Source of the DNA: Thermoproteota archaeon
Lineage (GTDB): Archaea > Asgardarchaeota > Njordarchaeia > Njordarchaeales > Panguiarchaeaceae
DNA: 64,000 nt
Assembly (NCBI GenBank): GCA_024720975.1
Contig: JANJXX010000004.1
Location: forward strand, 1 to 64,000
Direction of reading: 5' to 3'
The notes under the pieces are model-generated. The model saw only the letters and a list, made by a program, of their open reading frames with translations, was not told where the DNA came from and did no database searches. The translations under genes were made by a program, and so were the position numbers. This document shows, piece by piece, positions 59,810 through 64,000 of the stretch; the stretch's first letter is position 1; each line of letters opens with the position of its first letter.

Positions 59810-60832
59810 ATGACATCTTCGATAACTATTGTGATACAAATGGTAATTGTTGGAATCGACATTGGAGCTACATGGACCAGAATAGCTTTAGCTGATCACA
59901 ATGGGAAGATTATCTCTAAGATAAAGAAAATTGCAACACTTCAAGAGGGAGAAGACAAATTCGACATGCTTAGGAGGATAGAGCTGACAGTAAGAGAACT
60001 ATCGACACAAATTGGCAGTGATATCGAAGCCATAGGTGTCGGAACCATTGGCCCCTTGGATTTGAAAAAGGGCGTTATATTGCATACACCTAATTTGCCC
60101 ATCGAAAATGTTCCGATATTACGCTACCTTAGGGAAAGATTTCGAGTCCCAGTATACATGGTAAATGATTGCACAGCAGCTGTAATAGGGGAGAAGTTCT
60201 TTGGTGTAGGAAGGCATTATGATAATATTGTGTATATAACAATAAGCACAGGCATAGGTGGTGGAGCGATTGTAGACGGAAATGTTCTGTTTGGAAAGGA
60301 TGGAAATGCCGTCGAAATAGGACATGTTGTTGTTGATCATTCTGGAAAATTGAAATGCGGTTGTGGGGGGTATGGACACTGGGAGGCCTATACTTCCGGG
60401 AAGAACATTGGCAAGTTTGTGGATCTCTTGCTTCGTGAATTCTTTAGTGCAGATGAATACAAACTAAGTGTGCTTAGCAAATGCGTTGAATCACCTGTAG
60501 ATCTTAAATACTCACACATAACAAAGGCCGCTAGGGCAAATGACTCGCTGGCACTTAGAATCCTGGATATTGTAGCAAACGTTAATGCGGCAGGTCTAGC
60601 TACAGTAATAAATTCATATGATCCAGATGTGGTTAGTTTTGGAGGTGCTGTTATACTTGAAAATCCACCAGAACTCCTCCTTGAGCCATTAAAGGAGAAA
60701 GTAGTAAAGTTTATTATAAATCGCGAGCCAGAAATTCTTATAACACCGCTTGGAGAGGACATCGTTCTCATGGGTGCTGTAGCCATAGCTTTAGATCCAG
60801 AAGTTATACCGAAAAAATTTAGAGAGCTTTGA
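59810..60832 (+). CDS. ROK family sugar kinase (glucokinase-like)
   Basis: GIDIGAT, NDC, STGIGGG, EIGH, CGCG..GHWE. Confidence 0.92.
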   Translation: MTSSITIVIQMVIVGIDIGATWTRIALADHNGKIISKIKKIATLQEGEDKFDMLRRIELTVRELSTQIGSDIEAIGVGTIGPLDLKKGVILHTPNLPIENVPILRYLRERFRVPVYMVNDCTAAVIGEKFFGVGRHYDNIVYITISTGIGGGAIVDGNVLFGKDGNAVEIGHVVVDHSGKLKCGCGGYGHWEAYTSGKNIGKFVDLLLREFFSADEYKLSVLSKCVESPVDLKYSHITKAARANDSLALRILDIVANVNAAGLATVINSYDPDVVSFGGAVILENPPELLLEPLKEKVVKFIINREPEILITPLGEDIVLMGAVAIALDPEVIPKKFREL

Positions 60833-63515
60833 CTAGGTTAACTCTCCTGCAGAAAACTTCTGGTACTATGAGGAAGCCTAGAGTTCCTACTGCTAATATA
60901 GCAATCCAATCTGCAAGTGTCGGTGGATTTAAGTGGAATGCTAATGCTATCGGCGGGACGTATACAATTAGTAGTGTCATTAAAAGGCTTAGAACTACAG
61001 CTGCAAGTAGCAAATTGTTTCCTCTAAAGCCTATTTTGAATACTGATTTGCTCTCGCTTCTCATGTTCCAGATCACTGAGAGCTCAAATAGCACTACCTG
61101 AAGAAAGATTATCGCTCGCACTCTATTTATGTCATTGATTCCAAGGATATTTGTGTAATAGAAGAACGTGAACAATGGCCCTGCCGTGAGTATGATTGTT
61201 GTCACTAAGATAAACAATAATGATCCTGATAGTATGCCCTCACGCGGGTCTCTTGGAGGTCTTGACATAACATCTTCAAAGCTCGGATCCCAAGCAAGAG
61301 CCGTTGCTGGAGGACCATCCGTAACGAGATTAATCCAGAGAATTAGTGCCGGTAGTAAGATTGGTTCTCTAAATAAGAGTACGCCGAGGGTTATTATGAG
61401 TACCTCTCCTATATTACAAGAAAGTAAGAACCTTGCAAACGCCTTTATCTTGTCATAAACACCTCTTCCGAGCTCTATTGCGCGAACTATTGTTGCGAAG
61501 TTATCATCGAGCAGTATCATATCTGCAGCCTCCTTGGAAACCTCCGTTCCCTTTATTCCCATTGCGACACCTATATGGGCCTCTTTCAATGCCGGCGCAT
61601 CATTTACACCGTCCCCAGTAACTGCTACGATTTGACTTTTTCTCTTAAGGGCCCTAACCATTCTGAGCTTATGTTCTGGCATAGCTCTAGCCAGAACTCT
61701 CAGCTTGTCTGCAATTGATTGTAAGTCCTCATCAGAGAGTTTGTCTATGTCTTTACCCTGTAAAATTAATTCACCAGGTTTATACAAGCCTATTTGCTTG
61801 GATATAGCCTCTGCAGTTAATGCATGATCCCCAGTTATCATAATTACATTTATACCGGCTTTTTTGGCTTTTTTCGTGGCTTCGAATACTTCAGGTCTTG
61901 GTGGATCTATCATACCAAAGAGTCCTATGAAAATCAATTTGCTCTCTATTTCATCCTCAGATAGCTTATCAATTTCCATCCCAAAGTCTGATAGATCTCT
62001 ATAAGCCACTGCTAAAACTCTATATCCATCGGAAGCCAGATTGTTGACTATGCTTAGTATCTTCTGTTTTATTTCATCTGATAACGATAAAATGCCATTC
62101 TCTGTTTCAATGCCAACACATCTATCAAGTATTATCTCGGGTGCTCCTTTGGATAATGCATATGGTTTCCCGTCAACAATATTTACGGTTGTCATTCTTT
62201 TGCGCTCGGATGAGAAGGGGATCTCTCTTATTCTTCTATAATGGGCCTCCAATCCAGATTTCAGGATTCCTGCTTTGGCTCCGGCCACAACTATCGCTAG
62301 CTCTGTAGGATCGCCAATAAACTCTCTCTCATGTGCAACATTAGTGCATAGTACACCCGCCATCAGGAGCTTTGAAAGTAGCTTGTTTTCTTCGAGATTA
62401 ACTTCTCTTTCCTCAAAGAGAATCTTCCCATCAAGATTATACCCAACACCTGAGACATCGTACATTTTATCATAGACATAGATCTTCTTTACTGTCATAT
62501 CACCAGTTGTTATAGTTCCAGTTTTATCGGAGCATATCACCGTAACTGATCCTAGTGTTTCCGCAGCTAATAGATATTTCACTAAAGCATTATTTTTAGC
62601 GAGCTTTTTAGCTGCTATTGCTAACGTAATCGTCAATATTGCCGGAAGACCTTCAGGAACTGCTGCTACTGCAAGACTTATTGCAATCATTGCACTTTCA
62701 ACAATCGCTACTAATCCTTTTTCGAAAACTAGTAGCGTCATTAACCCTATGGCTAAGGCCACTACTATTAACGCTATCTTCCTCGCAAAATTTGATAGCT
62801 TAATTTTAAGAGGTGTTACCTCTTCTTCTGCAGCTTCAACTAATCTGGCTATTCTGCCAAATTCGGTATTAAGCCCTGTACCAATAACGATAGCCTTTCC
62901 ATGACCCCTAACAACGGCAGTACCCATATAGACGATGTTCGTCCTATCTGGAATAGGCGTTTCAGGTGGAAGCACACCAGACGTCTTTGTTACTGGGAAT
63001 GATTCTCCCGTAAGAGGTGCCTCGTTTGTCCTTAGCTCCGAGACCTCTATTAGACGGGCGTCTGCAGGAACGACATCACCCTCCTCAAGTAGAATTATAT
63101 CGCCAGGGACGAGCTCCCTTGCGAATACTTCAAAAATTTTTCCATTTCTCATAACGCGTGCTTTTGGTGCTGCATACTGTCTGAGTTTTTCGAGGATATT
63201 TTCAGCTTTATACTCTTGATGCACACTAACGGCTACATTAATGACTACTATTGCAAGTATAACTACGGAATCCACTACAGACTTTTCTATGAAGAGTGAT
63301 ATTAAACATGCTGCTATCAACATAAGAACGAAAATATCTTTAATTTGCTCAAGTAGCATCTCCCATATAGCTTTCCTTTTCTTCACCGGAAGCTCATTAT
63401 ACCCATAAATCTTGAGCCTCTCCTTGGCTTCATCTATGGAGAGACCGTATTCTATATCTACTTTAAGTTCCTCAGCTACTTGCTTTACATCTAAGGCGTG
63501 CCAATTTTTCTCCAT
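60819..63515 (-). CDS. P-type cation-transporting ATPase (P2A, Ca2+-type)
   Basis: TGES, VPEGL, DKTGT, KGAPE, MITGD, TGDGVND, NIGE, WINLVTDG. Confidence 0.95.
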   Translation of the reverse strand: MEKNWHALDVKQVAEELKVDIEYGLSIDEAKERLKIYGYNELPVKKRKAIWEMLLEQIKDIFVLMLIAACLISLFIEKSVVDSVVILAIVVINVAVSVHQEYKAENILEKLRQYAAPKARVMRNGKIFEVFARELVPGDIILLEEGDVVPADARLIEVSELRTNEAPLTGESFPVTKTSGVLPPETPIPDRTNIVYMGTAVVRGHGKAIVIGTGLNTEFGRIARLVEAAEEEVTPLKIKLSNFARKIALIVVALAIGLMTLLVFEKGLVAIVESAMIAISLAVAAVPEGLPAILTITLAIAAKKLAKNNALVKYLLAAETLGSVTVICSDKTGTITTGDMTVKKIYVYDKMYDVSGVGYNLDGKILFEEREVNLEENKLLSKLLMAGVLCTNVAHEREFIGDPTELAIVVAGAKAGILKSGLEAHYRRIREIPFSSERKRMTTVNIVDGKPYALSKGAPEIILDRCVGIETENGILSLSDEIKQKILSIVNNLASDGYRVLAVAYRDLSDFGMEIDKLSEDEIESKLIFIGLFGMIDPPRPEVFEATKKAKKAGINVIMITGDHALTAEAISKQIGLYKPGELILQGKDIDKLSDEDLQSIADKLRVLARAMPEHKLRMVRALKRKSQIVAVTGDGVNDAPALKEAHIGVAMGIKGTEVSKEAADMILLDDNFATIVRAIELGRGVYDKIKAFARFLLSCNIGEVLIITLGVLLFREPILLPALILWINLVTDGPPATALAWDPSFEDVMSRPPRDPREGILSGSLLFILVTTIILTAGPLFTFFYYTNILGINDINRVRAIIFLQVVLFELSVIWNMRSESKSVFKIGFRGNNLLLAAVVLSLLMTLLIVYVPPIALAFHLNPPTLADWIAILAVGTLGFLIVPEVFCRRVNLVKAL

Positions 63516-63594
63516 ACGGCTTCCCACCAAGCGCCATCAACAATCTTAAAATACGACAAATTTTGCCAAATTTTAATGCAATGTATTTAATGGA

Positions 63595-64000
63595 TTACCT
63601 ATTATTTAACGCCTCTAGAATTTGCGTTATGGATGCGAATTCTTTAGGTATTCTAGCCCTCACAGTTTTAACAACATTAACCACTTGACTTACTTGCAGA
63701 TCAACTATCAAGCCCGCTATCATATATGCATCTTCAAATTCCAAGGAAAGACTGCATGATATTGCCCTTGCAGCTGCATTAGAAGCCTCGTAGAAGGCTT
63801 CTTCTAGACTTTCTTTAGACACAATTATGTAAATCGCATCCTCAGCTTCAATAATTGGCCACTGTACGGAGCACCCCTTAATGACATCCACACGGACAAC
63901 AACCTCTCCCGACACCTCACACCCAGTCGCACACATTTCCCCATCAGCCATGACGGCATGAACATCACCTACAGCAAGCAAGCCACCCTCTTTGAAAACA
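63595..64000 (-). CDS. Acetamidase/formamidase family protein, 5'-partial
   Basis: GLLAVGDVHAVMADGE...G.E, SQVVN; frame open to the window edge. Confidence 0.85.
   Translation of the reverse strand, partial: VFKEGGLLAVGDVHAVMADGEMCATGCEVSGEVVVRVDVIKGCSVQWPIIEAEDAIYIIVSKESLEEAFYEASNAAARAISCSLSLEFEDAYMIAGLIVDLQVSQVVNVVKTVRARIPKEFASITQILEALNNR

Noticed and set aside
1-64000. CRISPR array, rRNA, tRNA, intact transposase/integrase
   Set aside because: No regularly spaced repeats, long GC-rich RNA genes, cloverleafs or matching ORFs seen by eye; a dedicated scan was not possible.

Overview
Gene-dense, AT-rich archaeal chromosomal segment with about 60 CDS, GGTGA-type Shine-Dalgarno motifs and frequent GTG/TTG starts. 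Tungsten AOR, AGOG, CoA-disulfide reductase and a C/D-box sRNA point to an anaerobic (hyper)thermophile. A longin-like membrane protein, a Rag-like GTPase with a roadblock-type C-terminus and an LRR protein suggest an Asgard-related lineage (inference from motifs only). Core content: an FTR-like/SufC/SufB (SmsCB-type) operon; dispersed Mo/W-cofactor genes (moaB, moaC, 2x moaD, moaE, 2x moeA, radical SAM maturase) with aor; a repair cluster (nfo, MazG-like, YkgJ, AGOG); herA-nurA without mre11/rad50; transporters; riboflavin and inositol-lipid genes; and large surface proteins. An accessory island at about 33.5-40.6 kb carries an ATP-cone protein, a tryptophanase-like lyase, a type II R-M pair with a frameshifted endonuclease, an RHH remnant and IS200/IS605-like end remnants. 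Two further IS605-like ends bracket moaC-moaB as inverted repeats. No CRISPR array, rRNA or tRNA was recognised. All family calls come from motif recognition by eye, not from database searches.
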